Part shown: piece by piece, positions 38,471 to 49,430 of the stretch
Position numbering within the stretch: position 1 is the stretch's first letter
Layout: each line of letters opens with the position of its first letter
Assembly (NCBI GenBank): GCA_964541115.1
Contig: CAZIPH010000012.1
Location: 5,588 to 69,587 of the forward strand
DNA from: an uncultured Salaquimonas sp.
GTDB lineage: Bacteria; Pseudomonadota; Alphaproteobacteria; Rhizobiales; Rhizobiaceae
Length of the DNA: 64,000 nucleotides
Direction: 5' to 3'
Made by a program: the position numbers and the translations under genes
Notes under the pieces: model-generated
Seen by the model: the letters and a program-made list of their open reading frames with translations, nothing else
Databases searched by the model: none
Told to the model about the DNA's origin: nothing

Positions 38471-39178
38471 ATGACGATGATGACGAAGGAAACCGTTTCA
38501 CAACACAGGCATTCAGCGCTGGCAGGTGTCGGCTTCGGCAGCTTTCGTTTGCGGCTTTCACGGCTTCTTCTTGGAACATTCTTGCTGGTCATTGCCGCCC
38601 TCTTCGCCGGTTTTCCCTTCTTTCGCAACGCGGTCGATAACTACAGCCAGCAGGACCGCTCCGTAGTCAGCGGACAGGCAGACGGCATCGTCGTTCTTAC
38701 AGGTGACAAGGCACGCATCCGTACGGGGTTGCTGCTGCTGGAAGAAGGCCTTGCACATCGCCTTCTCATCAGCGGGGTGCATGAGTATACCTCTCGCGAA
38801 GCGATCCTTCGCCTGGCGGGCTTTGACAGCAAAAAACTGCAATGCTGCGTCGATATTGGTCATATGGCAAAAGACACGATCGGCAATGCCGCCGAGACAA
38901 GGAGCTGGGTGGAAGAACACTCAATCAGGCAGCTATTTGTCGTTACCAGTGATTATCACATGCCAAGGAGTCTGCTGGAGCTTGATCATGCATTGCCGCA
39001 AACAAGGCTGGTACCGATCGTCGCGAAGCCGGAAAAGGCTGATGGACAGGTGGTCAGGACAGAAGGTGACCTCCTGCGGCTGACGTTGAAGGAATACGGA
39101 AAATACCTTGCTGCCCGGCTGCGCCTCCTCGTTGAAAATGGTACCAGACAGTCGCTGGCTTCAATGTCCGGGCGCTGA
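38471..39178 (+). CDS. DUF218 (YdcF/ElyC-like) envelope biogenesis family protein
   Basis: N-terminal TM helix followed by GIVVLTGDKARIRTGLLLLEEGLAHRLLISGV and VVTSDYHMPRS, typical of DUF218. Confidence 0.75.
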   Translation: MTMMTKETVSQHRHSALAGVGFGSFRLRLSRLLLGTFLLVIAALFAGFPFFRNAVDNYSQQDRSVVSGQADGIVVLTGDKARIRTGLLLLEEGLAHRLLISGVHEYTSREAILRLAGFDSKKLQCCVDIGHMAKDTIGNAAETRSWVEEHSIRQLFVVTSDYHMPRSLLELDHALPQTRLVPIVAKPEKADGQVVRTEGDLLRLTLKEYGKYLAARLRLLVENGTRQSLASMSGR

Positions 39179-39228
39179 CGGAACGCCCCCGAAGCAAGAA
39201 CCACCAAAGAAACTTTGACACGCCCTGC

Positions 39229-40119
39229 TTGCGTCGATTACTCAGTCAGGTAATCCGAACCTTTCCGGTGGTAACCGTGCTCCAGTTCCGCTCCTTTGTT
39301 TTCCATGGCATGTTCTATCTGAGCAACGCATTGCAGATGATTTTCTGGACCCCCAGTTTTTTCATCATGCCGCGCAGTGTTGCATGGAAAGTGGCAAAGA
39401 GCTGGGCCTACAGCCATCTCGTATTGCAACACCGGATCTGCGGCTCGACCTATGATTTCAGGGGTGTTGGCAAGGTACGCCGCGATGTGAGCCAACTGGT
39501 TGCCTCCAAGCATCAGTCGCAATGGGAGACCTATACCATGCTGCTGTTCTTCGATGATCCCGGTTATGTCCTCAAGCGCATCCTGATGTATACCCCGCTT
39601 TTCGGCTGGTATATGCAGAAAATGAAGCTCGTGCCGGTGGACAGGGGCAAGCGTGGCCAGGCCCTTGCCTCCATGACCAAAAACACGCGACAGCAGATGG
39701 CCGAGCGCAATCGCCAGGTGGTGATCTATCCCGAAGGGACCCGCACAAGACCGGGCGCGCCACCCGCTTACAAATACGGAATCACCCATCTTTACTGCGA
39801 ACTTGATGTTCCCGTGCAGCCGGTTGCGCTCAATTCGGGTCTCTATTGGGGTCGCCACGAGTTCAGCGTGTATCCCGGCACAATCATTCTTGAATTCCTC
39901 GATCCCATCGAGCCGGGGCTCGACAAGGAAGTCTTTTCACGCACGCTCGAAGTTCAGATCGAGGCAGCCTCGAACCGCCTGATCGAAGAAGCGATTGTCT
40001 CGGACTTTCCACCGCCACTGGCGCGCGAGATCGGCATGCGGAGAAAGGCGGAAGCCGCGGCCTCCTTAAGAGTCACATCAAAGCCGCCGGCACAATCGTT
40101 CAAGCGTCCTGTCGCGTAA
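39229..40119 (+). CDS. plsC: 1-acyl-sn-glycerol-3-phosphate acyltransferase
   Basis: Acyltransferase motifs SKHQSQWET (HX4D/E block) and VIYPEGTRTRPG. The true start may be GTG 39277 (VLQFRSFVF...). Confidence 0.85.
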   Translation: MRRLLSQVIRTFPVVTVLQFRSFVFHGMFYLSNALQMIFWTPSFFIMPRSVAWKVAKSWAYSHLVLQHRICGSTYDFRGVGKVRRDVSQLVASKHQSQWETYTMLLFFDDPGYVLKRILMYTPLFGWYMQKMKLVPVDRGKRGQALASMTKNTRQQMAERNRQVVIYPEGTRTRPGAPPAYKYGITHLYCELDVPVQPVALNSGLYWGRHEFSVYPGTIILEFLDPIEPGLDKEVFSRTLEVQIEAASNRLIEEAIVSDFPPPLAREIGMRRKAEAAASLRVTSKPPAQSFKRPVA

Positions 40120-40620
40120 TCCCAGTTCCCCCAGTGACCGGACGGTGGATCTGACATAATCCACATTTGCGCCTGATTGCCCCTCGGCGCGCCTGACGCG
40201 TTCAATAATTTCATCCTCGCTCATGCCGCTGGCATATTGGGGGTGGCCCGGATCAACCACATAGGTCAGTGCATCGACCTTGCGACCGTCTTCCAGCTTG
40301 ATCCGAACCCAGGTCTCCCTGTAGACATTTGTCACCAGTTCGCGCTCACGCAGATAGGCAATGACTGCATCGCGCTTTCCTGCATCAACAAGCCTGGCGA
40401 GGCCGCTGCAGGAGCCGCCGCGATCAAGGCCGAGGACAAGACCGGGTGCCTGCCGTGTTCCGCGATGTACCCAGGAATGAATGCACAGGGCGCGGTGCCT
40501 GCCGTACAGCACGGCCTTGTGTTCCTGCCTGAACTCAAAACCTGGCCGCCATATCAGCGAACCGTAGCCAAACACCCAAAAATCACTCATACCAGATCCC
40601 GAAAGCCGAAGATTCGCCAT
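40078..40620 (-). CDS. Gamma-glutamylcyclotransferase, ChaC family
   Basis: FWVFGYGSLIWRPGF motif and about 170-180 aa. The 3' end overlaps the convergent plsC by 42 nt. Confidence 0.8.
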   Translation of the reverse strand: MANLRLSGSGMSDFWVFGYGSLIWRPGFEFRQEHKAVLYGRHRALCIHSWVHRGTRQAPGLVLGLDRGGSCSGLARLVDAGKRDAVIAYLRERELVTNVYRETWVRIKLEDGRKVDALTYVVDPGHPQYASGMSEDEIIERVRRAEGQSGANVDYVRSTVRSLGELGLRDRTLERLCRRL

Positions 40621-40702
40621 AGCGTTCTGTCAGGTGATAACCCGACTGAACAGGATAGGCCATGCCGGCAGGCCTTTTGCAGGGAAAACGAACAAAATAC
40701 AA

Positions 40703-41722
40703 ATGACATCAGGATCGAAAAAGAAAACGATATTTCTCATCTCCCTTATCGTGGTGCTGATCGCGGGCCTGAGTGGAGGGTGGTACTGGGCTGCCGGCAA
40801 GCTGGGCGAGACAGTCCGCAATTTTTCGCAGACGCTGTCGAAAGAGGGCAAGACCCTGGAGTGTGACGACCAGGATGTTGTCGGTTATCCCTTCCGCATC
40901 GGACTGCGCTGTAAAAACCTGTCCTTTTCCGATCCGGATTCGGGTATCAGCGTCAATGGCGGTGCCCTGCGCTCGGCGGCGCAGCTCTATAGACCCGGTC
41001 ATGTGGTGGCAGAATTCGACGCGCCCTATGACATCAATCTTCCCGGCCTGGCACCGCTGACGCTTGACTGGTCAAACCTGAGAACCAGCAGCCGCCTCAA
41101 TATGCAGGGCATGCAGCGGGTGTCACTTCAGGTAAGCAATCTTGATATCTCTGCCAACGATTTCGGTCAGCGTGACCTGCTGGCCAATCTTTCGGACCTG
41201 CAAATGCATGCCCGTGCCGGTGAAAATGATCCGCGCAGCCTTGATGTTGCCCTGTCGGCACAGGATTGGAAGATCGATGACAATGGCAGCGGGCAAATCG
41301 AGCCTGTACGTTTCAATTTTGTCGGAAATCTGGAAGGGGGCCATGCGGCACTTGTTTCAGGCGCCGATCTCTTCAGCCTGCTTCGCTCGCGTGGTGGAAA
41401 CGGCACTGTGTCGGACCTGACTCTTGCCACGCAAAGCGGCGGGAGGGTTAGCGTCAGTGGACCGGTGGAGATCGATACCCAGGGGCGCCTTTCAGGCAAG
41501 ATTACCATCAATCTGGATGAGCCAGCCAAACTGATCAGCTACGTAACCTCGGTCTTTCCTCCTGCCGAGCCGACCCTCGGCGGTATTGGGAAATATCTCG
41601 AAGCGCTGGCGAAAAAGGAGGATGGCAAGGCCATTGTGCGTGACCTGACCCTGAGCATCGACAAGGGCAGGGTGTTTGCCGGCTTCCTCGAAATCGGGCA
41701 GATCCCGCCGCTATTCCAGTAG
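40703..41722 (+). CDS. DUF2125 domain membrane-anchored protein
   Basis: Start at ATG 40703 (MTSGSKKK...). N-terminal TM anchor and a large periplasmic domain. Resembles the alphaproteobacterial DUF2125 family (from memory). Confidence 0.65.
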   Translation: MTSGSKKKTIFLISLIVVLIAGLSGGWYWAAGKLGETVRNFSQTLSKEGKTLECDDQDVVGYPFRIGLRCKNLSFSDPDSGISVNGGALRSAAQLYRPGHVVAEFDAPYDINLPGLAPLTLDWSNLRTSSRLNMQGMQRVSLQVSNLDISANDFGQRDLLANLSDLQMHARAGENDPRSLDVALSAQDWKIDDNGSGQIEPVRFNFVGNLEGGHAALVSGADLFSLLRSRGGNGTVSDLTLATQSGGRVSVSGPVEIDTQGRLSGKITINLDEPAKLISYVTSVFPPAEPTLGGIGKYLEALAKKEDGKAIVRDLTLSIDKGRVFAGFLEIGQIPPLFQ

Positions 41723-41737
41723 AAACTGCCACCTAAA

Positions 41738-42700
41738 CTAATCGGAGGAATAGGGCCGGAAAAGCGTGTCTTCGAGGTCCGGCTTGTCACCATCGGGTTT
41801 GAGCGAGATGTGTTCGCGCTCGATTACCTTGCGGCGGGTGAGGCGGCTTTCCGAGATCAGCTTTTCCAGTTTGTCACCATCGGCATTCTCGATTGCCTCG
41901 GCAAATACCTGCATGTCCGATATCAGCTCGCGGAACATTGCCAGGATGGGCTCGCGGTTCTTCAGGAAGATATCGCGCCACATTACCGGGTTGGACGATG
42001 CAATGCGGGTGAAATCCTTGAAGGCGCCGGCAGAAAACCGGATCACCGGTGACTTGCTGTCCTGTTCGAGCCTGATCCCGGTATGGAAAATGGAAAAGGC
42101 AACCAGGTGCGGAAGGTGGCTGGTTATGGCCAGGGCATAGTCATGGCGGCGCGGAGACATTACCTCGACCTGTGATCCCAGCCCTTCCCAGAACTCACGG
42201 ACGGTCCTGACGGCTTCCGGCTCCTCGTCGCTGGTGGGGGTAAGGATGCACCAGCGATTGACGAAAAGGCGTGGCAAGCCGGCATCGGGGCCGGAAAACT
42301 CGGTACCCGCCAGAGGGTGGGCCGGGATAAATGAAACATACTGCGGCAGATGCGGCAGGGTTTCCTCGACCACAGCCATCTTGACCGATCCGACGTCGGA
42401 AAGGATTGCGCCCGGCTTGAGGTGCGGGGCTATCTCGCGGGCCAGTTCGCCGTAATTTCCGACAGGCACGCAACCGATGACAAGATCGGCGCCCTGGACC
42501 GCCTCGGCACTCGTATCGACGATACGGGCGCGCCCAAGGCCCAGTTCAAGCAGCCGTTTGCGGACCTTTGGCGAGGCATCCGTCACGACAACCTCGCGGG
42601 CAAGACTGCGTTCGAAAACGGCGCGTGTGATGGACGAGCCGATCAGACCCTGGCCGATGATTGCCAGCCGCGAAACAGGTTTTGCCTTTGGTGCAGCCAT
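41738..42700 (-). CDS. tyrC: Prephenate/arogenate (cyclohexadienyl) dehydrogenase
   Basis: N-terminal Rossmann motif LAIIGQGLIGSS. Immediately downstream of hisC (conserved hisC-tyrC pair). Confidence 0.85.
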   Translation of the reverse strand: MAAPKAKPVSRLAIIGQGLIGSSITRAVFERSLAREVVVTDASPKVRKRLLELGLGRARIVDTSAEAVQGADLVIGCVPVGNYGELAREIAPHLKPGAILSDVGSVKMAVVEETLPHLPQYVSFIPAHPLAGTEFSGPDAGLPRLFVNRWCILTPTSDEEPEAVRTVREFWEGLGSQVEVMSPRRHDYALAITSHLPHLVAFSIFHTGIRLEQDSKSPVIRFSAGAFKDFTRIASSNPVMWRDIFLKNREPILAMFRELISDMQVFAEAIENADGDKLEKLISESRLTRRKVIEREHISLKPDGDKPDLEDTLFRPYSSD

Positions 42701-42703
42701 ATT

Positions 42704-43825
42704 CTAATCAGCTTTCCCCAGGAAAGCCCTGAGTGTGTCGACCACCGCCCGATTCGATTCTTCAAGTCCGATGGACATGCGGAGGGCATTGGGAAAACCG
42801 TATCCTGCAACGCTGCGAAGGATCAGCCCCTTTTGCGTCAATGCCGCGTCTGCCTCTGCAGCACCCTTGCCCGGATCGTCGGGAAAATGGATCAGCAAGA
42901 AGTTGCCGACCGAGGGCGTGACACGAAGGCCAAGGGAGGTGAGTTCATCGGTCAGCCATTCCAGCCATTTGTCATTGTGGGCAATGGCCTTTTCCAGATG
43001 GGTACGGTCGCGGATGGCAGCAGCGCCCGCCGCAATCGCCGGTGCGTTGACATTGAAGGGGCCGCGGACCCGTTCGATTGTCTCGATGATTTCCCTCGGG
43101 CCATAGCACCAGCCGATGCGGAGCGCCGCAAGGCCGTGGATCTTTGAAAATGTCCTTGTCATCACGACATTTCTTGCGGACGAAACCAGTTCGATGCCGG
43201 ATTCATAATCATTGCGCCGGACATATTCGGCATAGGCTGCGTCCATGACGAGCAGCACGCCCGAAGGCAGGCCGGCATGAAGGCGGCGCACTTCCTCATT
43301 GGGAAGGTAAGTGCCGGTGGGATTGTTAGGATTGGCAAGGAAGACGATCCTTGTGCGCTCGGTAACGGCTGCCAGTATCGCATCGACACTGGCGCGCTCA
43401 TCGGTTTCCTTCACCACGACCGGTGTCGCGGAGCATGACATGGTAATGATCCGGTACATCAGGAAGCCGTGTTCGGTGAAGATCACTTCATCCCCAGGCT
43501 CGAGGTAGGCAAGGCCTATCAGGGACAGGATTTCGTCCGAGCCCGAGCCGCAAACAATGTTGTCCGGATTGAGACCGTGTACCTCGGCAATTGCCCTGCG
43601 CAGTGCGCTGGAGCTGCCATCGGGGTAGAGTTCCATATTGTGTGTGGCGGCGCGGGCAGCCTCCATTGCAGCCGGGCTCGGTCCGATCGGTGTCTCGTTG
43701 GAGGAAAGCTTGTGCAACTTGACCCCGTCGGGTGCGCTGGATTTACCAGGCTTGTAGATGGCAATGTCGAGGATGCCGGGTTTGGGCCGTGGCGCTGAAT
43801 GCGGTGCTGAAGATGTGTCAGGCAT
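42704..43825 (-). CDS. hisC: Histidinol-phosphate aminotransferase
   Basis: Class II aminotransferase with PLP-lysine context [17 protein letters not shown]. Start at ATG 43825 (MPDTSS...). Confidence 0.9.
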   Translation of the reverse strand: MPDTSSAPHSAPRPKPGILDIAIYKPGKSSAPDGVKLHKLSSNETPIGPSPAAMEAARAATHNMELYPDGSSSALRRAIAEVHGLNPDNIVCGSGSDEILSLIGLAYLEPGDEVIFTEHGFLMYRIITMSCSATPVVVKETDERASVDAILAAVTERTRIVFLANPNNPTGTYLPNEEVRRLHAGLPSGVLLVMDAAYAEYVRRNDYESGIELVSSARNVVMTRTFSKIHGLAALRIGWCYGPREIIETIERVRGPFNVNAPAIAAGAAAIRDRTHLEKAIAHNDKWLEWLTDELTSLGLRVTPSVGNFLLIHFPDDPGKGAAEADAALTQKGLILRSVAGYGFPNALRMSIGLEESNRAVVDTLRAFLGKAD

Positions 43826-43946
43826 GATGCGTTCCAATTTGGCGGGCAGTTTGCCGACAAGGCCGGCAACACCCATGATGAACTTGAGGTTTCATATTCC
43901 CAAGAGCGTACAAAATCAAAGTGTGATTCGTGCCGGCGGTGATCCG

Positions 43947-44759
43947 TCAGCAGTGTGAACTTTCGTTTTCCGGTGAATGACGGCTTCTGCTTGTATTGGA
44001 TGACCGCGCGCTTTGACCGCTCATTGCGGGCACCAGAACACGCTTTTCCTGTTTTGCCGTTGACGTTACGCCCTGGTACAGGCGCTTCTTGGCAATCACC
44101 ACATAGGCGCCGCAGAAAACGGGCCATGCCCTGTGGGCTATCCGCTCGATCCAGGGATAGGCCCGCATCAGCCGGTTGTAGCGCATTGGCGGGAAATTGA
44201 GGCAATCGCCCCAGCGCACCGGAGCCAGCTTGGCCTTTCGCAACAAGCGGCCCAATTGCCCGCGCGAGAATGGCCGGCCATTGCCGAAGGGCGTGTGTTC
44301 GAACCGGGCCCACAGGCCCCGGCGGTTTGCCGCTACAAGTATGAGCTTTCCCTCGGGCACAAGTATGCGCCATACCTCGTCCAGCATGGCGGCGGGATCG
44401 GGCACATTCTCCAGAAGATGCAGCAGCACCACGCATTGAACCGATGCAGTTTCAATGGGAAGTTCATCCTCATCGACAAGGGCAGTACGCGAGGGCCCAT
44501 GAACCGGCCACTTGATGGCACCCTGGCGCGCAGGCATCAGGATCAGGGGCGTGGGAGTATTCTCATTGCCCTTTCCATCATCGGAAGCCATTCCTTCTTC
44601 GAAGAGGGGAACCGCATAGCCAATGCCGACCATGTCAAGCGATGCCCCGGCCTCGTCGAGCCCGCCATATTTGCGGAACGCTCGGGTCAGTGACAAGGCG
44701 GCAGCACGCCCAAGGGGCGTTGCATAGAATTCGCGCAGGTCAACAACGTCGATGGTCAT
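43947..44759 (-). CDS. Class I SAM-dependent methyltransferase (type 11-like)
   Basis: Start at ATG 44759 (MTIDVVDLREFYATPLG). Methyltransferase-like block VVLLHLLENVPDPAAMLDEVWRILVPEGKLIL. Confidence 0.65.
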   Translation of the reverse strand: MTIDVVDLREFYATPLGRAAALSLTRAFRKYGGLDEAGASLDMVGIGYAVPLFEEGMASDDGKGNENTPTPLILMPARQGAIKWPVHGPSRTALVDEDELPIETASVQCVVLLHLLENVPDPAAMLDEVWRILVPEGKLILVAANRRGLWARFEHTPFGNGRPFSRGQLGRLLRKAKLAPVRWGDCLNFPPMRYNRLMRAYPWIERIAHRAWPVFCGAYVVIAKKRLYQGVTSTAKQEKRVLVPAMSGQSARSSNTSRSRHSPENESSHC

Positions 44760-44802
44760 TTCGCAACCGTAAACGGAACTGTTGCAAAGGCAAACGGGAG
44801 TT

Positions 44803-45471
44803 TCAGTTGCCCTGCAGGAAGCCAAGTACAATCAGTGTCTGGCCGGTGATGTAGAAGATCCAGACCAGCCACGGCGTGATGCGTCTTCCAAGCGAATTGG
44901 CGAGCGGGGTAAACTTGTCCTGTGCGAGCAGGATGTCGGACAGCATGAACAGCGCGATGCCCGCCAGTATGATCGTTCCGGGACTGGCAAGCCGTGCGGT
45001 GAAGGCCATCACGGCAATCGTGACCGCATAGGCGATGACCGGTGCTTTCATTGGCCCAAGATGCGGCCACAGGCGCATGAGAACCATGATGATCAGGGCA
45101 GCAAGGATAAGGGCCAGTAGTGCGGTATCGCTGTTGGGCAGGAAAACGAATCCATCGGAGGTGACGAAGTAGGCGATAAAGAAGAGATGACCCGCCAGAA
45201 AGGCGCCAAGCCCGGTGTGGAAATTCTTTTCATCCTCGAAGGCAAGGAACCAGTCACCTACCGCGCATGCACCCAGGGCGGCAAGGATGAGGATCGGCAG
45301 GCTGCCGATCAGGGCGGCTGCGATCAGCAGGACCATCGGCACGATTTTCGCGGCTGCACGCTGCAGGCTGGCTTCGCGCGGCAACCAAAGAACCGCATAG
45401 ATTGTGGCCGACAAAGCGGCGAGCACCAACAGCAAGTCTGCAGAAGATAGATCTGAAAATATCGTACTCAT
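44803..45471 (-). CDS. YhhN-family (lysoplasmalogenase-like) membrane protein
   Basis: 222 aa and about 7-8 TM helices. Family call made from the overall pattern. Confidence 0.65.
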   Translation of the reverse strand: MSTIFSDLSSADLLLVLAALSATIYAVLWLPREASLQRAAAKIVPMVLLIAAALIGSLPILILAALGACAVGDWFLAFEDEKNFHTGLGAFLAGHLFFIAYFVTSDGFVFLPNSDTALLALILAALIIMVLMRLWPHLGPMKAPVIAYAVTIAVMAFTARLASPGTIILAGIALFMLSDILLAQDKFTPLANSLGRRITPWLVWIFYITGQTLIVLGFLQGN

Positions 45472-45472
45472 G

Positions 45473-45503
45473 AAAAATGCCCGGAACGTCCTGTCCCGGG
45501 CAT
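45473..45503 (-). terminator. Intrinsic terminator after phaA
   Basis: Minus strand reads ATGCCCGG-(11-nt loop)-CCGGGCAT followed by TTTTT. The U-tract ends 1 nt before the yhhN-family ATG. Confidence 0.6.
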
Positions 45504-45549
45504 TTAGGCATTTTCACGCGTGATTGAAAGACCGCGGAGTTTTTTGTGT

Positions 45550-46734
45550 TCAGTCGCGTTCGACGCACAGGGCAACGCCCATGCCGCCACCGATGCAAAG
45601 GGTTGCAAGACCCTTCTTCGCATCACGGCGCTGCATTTCGAAAAGCAGGGTGTTGAGAATGCGGGCACCGGAAGCGCCGACCGGATGACCAATGGCAATC
45701 GCGCCGCCATTGACGTTGACGATTTCCGGGTTCCAGCCCATGTCCTTGTTGACGGCACAGGCCTGTGCGGCGAAGGCCTCATTGGCTTCCACCAGGTCGA
45801 GGTCATCGACGCTCCAGCCAGCCTTTTGCAGCGCCTTGCGCGATGCTGGGATCGGGCCGGTGCCCATGATTGCAGGATCGACCCCCGCCGTTGCCCAGGA
45901 AACGATGCGGGCCATCGGTGTGATTCCACGCTTTTGCGCCTCGCTTTCGCGCATGAGTAGCGCAACCGCGCCGCCATCATTGATGCCTGAAGCATTGGCA
46001 GCAGTGACAGTGCCTTCCTTGTCAAAGGCAGGGCGCAGCTTGGCAATGCCTTCAATGGTCACGCCATGCTTGATGTACTCGTCTTCCTCGACAGTGGTAT
46101 CGCCCTTGCGGCCCTTGACGATAAAGGGAACGATTTCGTCCCTGAACCTTCCGGCCTTCTGGGCAGCCTCGGCCTTGTTCTGCGAGGCAACGGCAAAGGC
46201 GTCCTGTTCGTCGCGGGTAAGCTGCCACTGGCGGGCAACGTTTTCCGCAGTCGTACCCATCAAGTAGCTGTGGAATGCGTCGGTAAGGGCGTCATGCATC
46301 ATGGTATCGACCATCTTGGCCGGGCCCATCTTGACACCGTCGCGCATGTGGATGGCATGGGGTGCCATGGACATGCTTTCCTGGCCGCCGGCGACAATGA
46401 TGTTTGCATCGCCATTGGCGATCTGCTGCATACCGATGGCAACGGCGCGAAGGCCCGACCCGCAAAGCTGGTTGAGGCCCCATGCGGTAGCCTCCTGGGG
46501 AATTCCCGCGGCCATGGCGGCCTGACGGGCCGGGTTCTGACCCTCGGCGGCTGAAAGAATCTGGCCCATGATCACTTCATCGACATCTGCAGGATCTACA
46601 CCGGCGCGCTCCAGCGCACCCTTGATGGCCGTTGCGCCAAGCTGATGGGCTGCTATACCTGAAAAGGCACCGTTGAAAGAGCCAACCGGGGTTCTGGCCG
46701 CGCTGGCGATTACGATTGCGTCACTATTGCTCAT
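45550..46734 (-). CDS. phaA: Acetyl-CoA acetyltransferase (beta-ketothiolase)
   Basis: Thiolase active-site [10 protein letters not shown] and C-terminal [14 protein letters not shown]. Closely resembles rhizobial PhbA as I recall it. Confidence 0.93.
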   Translation of the reverse strand: MSNSDAIVIASAARTPVGSFNGAFSGIAAHQLGATAIKGALERAGVDPADVDEVIMGQILSAAEGQNPARQAAMAAGIPQEATAWGLNQLCGSGLRAVAIGMQQIANGDANIIVAGGQESMSMAPHAIHMRDGVKMGPAKMVDTMMHDALTDAFHSYLMGTTAENVARQWQLTRDEQDAFAVASQNKAEAAQKAGRFRDEIVPFIVKGRKGDTTVEEDEYIKHGVTIEGIAKLRPAFDKEGTVTAANASGINDGGAVALLMRESEAQKRGITPMARIVSWATAGVDPAIMGTGPIPASRKALQKAGWSVDDLDLVEANEAFAAQACAVNKDMGWNPEIVNVNGGAIAIGHPVGASGARILNTLLFEMQRRDAKKGLATLCIGGGMGVALCVERD

Positions 46735-46904
46735 TGTTGTGTCCCTTCATGATGGTGACATGGTGGCGAAGGATGATACGCCAAGTTTTGTCCCTTATTG
46801 ACACGGATTGAAACCCCAGCCAACTAGACTTTGGAATCCGCGCCATGGATGGCCAATTGCGCGCAACAGGTGGACAAGAGCTTGACCAGCCCGGCGAAAA
46901 TGAC

Positions 46905-48146
46905 ATGACAGGAAATTATCTCAGAGCACCCCTTCCAAGAAAACAGACCGTGGCAGTGCGGATCGGCGACGTAATTTGCGGCGGATCGGCGCCGGTCGTC
47001 GTTCAGTCCATGACCAATACAGACACTGCCGATATCGAGGCGACGGTAAAACAGGTCGCAGATCTGGCAAGGGCAGGGTCGGAACTGGTTCGCATTACTA
47101 TCGACCGGGACGAGGCTGCGGCTGCAGTGCCGCATATCAGGGACCGGCTGCTGGCACAGAATGTAGATGTGCCGCTGATCGGTGATTTTCACTATATCGG
47201 CCACAAACTGCTGGCGGATCATCCTGCCTGTGCCGAGGCGCTCGCCAAATACCGGATCAATCCGGGCAATGTGGGTTTTGGGGAAAAGAAGGACCGGCAA
47301 TTTGCCCAGATCATCGAGAGTGCCATCGAATATGACAAGCCGGTCCGCATCGGCGTCAATTGGGGCTCGCTCGACCAGTCGCTGCTGACAAGGCTGATGG
47401 ACGACAACAAGGCGGGCGGATCGCCCCTTTCAGCGCGCGAAGTGATGCGCGAGGCGATCATTCAATCGGCGCTGTTGTCTGCCAGTCTTGCCGAGGAGAT
47501 CGGCCTTGGCCGTGACAAGATCATCCTGTCGGCAAAGGTTAGCCAGGTGCAGGACCTGATCGCGGTCTACACGGGACTGGCAGAGCGTTCCGATCATGCC
47601 CTGCATCTCGGCCTGACCGAGGCGGGAATGGGCTCGAAGGGCATTGTTGCATCCGCTGCCGCGCTCGGGCTCTTGCTCCAGCAGGGCATTGGCGACACGA
47701 TCCGTATTTCTCTGACGCCCGAACCTGGCGGCGACCGGACCCGTGAAGTGCAGGTTGGCCAGGAATTGTTGCAGACGATGGGTTTTCGCTCCTTTGTGCC
47801 CGTCGTTGCCGCCTGCCCCGGCTGTGGACGCACCACCTCGACCGTCTTCCAGGAACTGGCGCAAAAGATTGAAGGGGATCTTCGCAAGAACATGCCGGTG
47901 TGGCGGGACAAGTATCCCGGTGTGGAAAAACTCAACGTCGCGGTTATGGGCTGTATCGTAAACGGCCCGGGCGAATCAAAGCATGCCAATATCGGCATTT
48001 CGTTGCCGGGCACGGGTGAACAACCGGCCGCCCCGGTCTTCATTGACGGCAAAAAGGCGGCGACCCTGCGCGGACCGAACATTGCCAGCGAATTCGAAGC
48101 CATGGTGCAGGCCTATATCGAGGCCAATTTCAGCGCGAGGGCCTGA
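46905..48146 (+). CDS. ispG: 4-hydroxy-3-methylbut-2-enyl diphosphate synthase IspG (GcpE)
   Basis: [21 protein letters not shown] and [10 protein letters not shown] (Fe-S cysteines). Start at ATG 46905. Confidence 0.95.
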   Translation: MTGNYLRAPLPRKQTVAVRIGDVICGGSAPVVVQSMTNTDTADIEATVKQVADLARAGSELVRITIDRDEAAAAVPHIRDRLLAQNVDVPLIGDFHYIGHKLLADHPACAEALAKYRINPGNVGFGEKKDRQFAQIIESAIEYDKPVRIGVNWGSLDQSLLTRLMDDNKAGGSPLSAREVMREAIIQSALLSASLAEEIGLGRDKIILSAKVSQVQDLIAVYTGLAERSDHALHLGLTEAGMGSKGIVASAAALGLLLQQGIGDTIRISLTPEPGGDRTREVQVGQELLQTMGFRSFVPVVAACPGCGRTTSTVFQELAQKIEGDLRKNMPVWRDKYPGVEKLNVAVMGCIVNGPGESKHANIGISLPGTGEQPAAPVFIDGKKAATLRGPNIASEFEAMVQAYIEANFSARA

Positions 48147-48150
48147 ATGG

Positions 48151-49353
48151 TCAGGCTTTTGCGTATCGGCGTGAAAAGCTGGGCGTGATCAGCAGGGTTG
48201 CCAGCAAAAGCAGCGCCATCATGGCAAAGACCGTGCGGAAACCATGGAACTCGCCGACGATGCCAAGGCTGGCGGGGGCGAACAAAAGGCCCGAATAACC
48301 GCAGAAAGTAGCAGCTGCGATGCCCGCTCCCCTGGGCAGGTCCCTGATGCGCGAGGCCGCGGAAAAAGCAATAGGTACGGTATTGGCATTGCCAAATCCG
48401 GCAAGGCCAAAACCGACGGCGGCGAGGATTGCGGTGGGAGAGAATATCACCACAACAAGACCCGAGACCGCCAGCAAGATGGAGGCTGTGAATACTCTGG
48501 CATCGCCAAACCGGTCACGCAGCCGGTCACCCGTGAAGCGGGCCAGCATCATCGTGAACGAGAATGCGCCAAATGCGAGACCTGAAAGTGTCACGCCGCT
48601 GTCGAGTTCGGATCTGAAATAATGGGCGCTCCAGTCAACGACCGCCCCTTCGCTGATGAAGCCCGCAAAGGCTATGAAGCCGAACAGCCAAGGCAGCAGG
48701 TGCCGCGGCAGGGTTCGCGGCATGCCCTCGGCGCCGGCTTTCGGCTTGGCTGAAAGATAGGGGCTGGCGGCAAAGGTAGCAGCCATCACCAGTGCGCCGA
48801 CGGTAAGGGCCAGCGCGTCGCTTCCAAGGGCAGCCATGAATGGGGCACCAAGCAGCGCGCCGATCATGGCACCCGCACTCCAGAAGCCGTGAAAGGCCGA
48901 CATGATGTTGCGACCGCTGGCATTTTCCAGATCGCCGGCATCAGCATTCATGGCCACATCCTGGGTGGCAAGAAACGCCATGATCACCATCAATATGGCT
49001 GCGGCCATCCAGAATGAATCCACGTTGATGATCCAGTAAAGGCCGGGCGCCAGGAGAATACCGGAGAGGAGAATGATCCGGCGAATGCCGGCAACGGCAA
49101 TGCTGAGCGGGCTGAAGGCGAGTGCCGCGATTGCAGCGATGCCACCTGCAAGGATGATCAGGCCCATTTCCGATTCGCGGATCGACAGGTTGGCGATCAC
49201 CACCGGTATGAGGACAGCCCAGCAGCCGACGGCCAGGCCGTTGCCGAAAAAGATCGCCGAAACGGCGGCCCGCCTCTTGGCGAAATTCGCCGGAAGGGCT
49301 GGATTGTCCATCGATGACATGACGTGTCCGGATTCGATATGATCGGTACGCAA
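48151..49353 (-). CDS. MFS transporter
   Basis: About 12 TM helices. The start may be the internal Met (MSSMDNP...). Confidence 0.78.
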   Translation of the reverse strand: MRTDHIESGHVMSSMDNPALPANFAKRRAAVSAIFFGNGLAVGCWAVLIPVVIANLSIRESEMGLIILAGGIAAIAALAFSPLSIAVAGIRRIILLSGILLAPGLYWIINVDSFWMAAAILMVIMAFLATQDVAMNADAGDLENASGRNIMSAFHGFWSAGAMIGALLGAPFMAALGSDALALTVGALVMAATFAASPYLSAKPKAGAEGMPRTLPRHLLPWLFGFIAFAGFISEGAVVDWSAHYFRSELDSGVTLSGLAFGAFSFTMMLARFTGDRLRDRFGDARVFTASILLAVSGLVVVIFSPTAILAAVGFGLAGFGNANTVPIAFSAASRIRDLPRGAGIAAATFCGYSGLLFAPASLGIVGEFHGFRTVFAMMALLLLATLLITPSFSRRYAKA

Positions 49354-49430
49354 GGCATTTCACCTTTTGCTGGTTTTCGCTAGCAGATTTCCCGCTCCTG
49401 AAAGCGTTGCTTCAGGTGTCGGCAGGAAGA

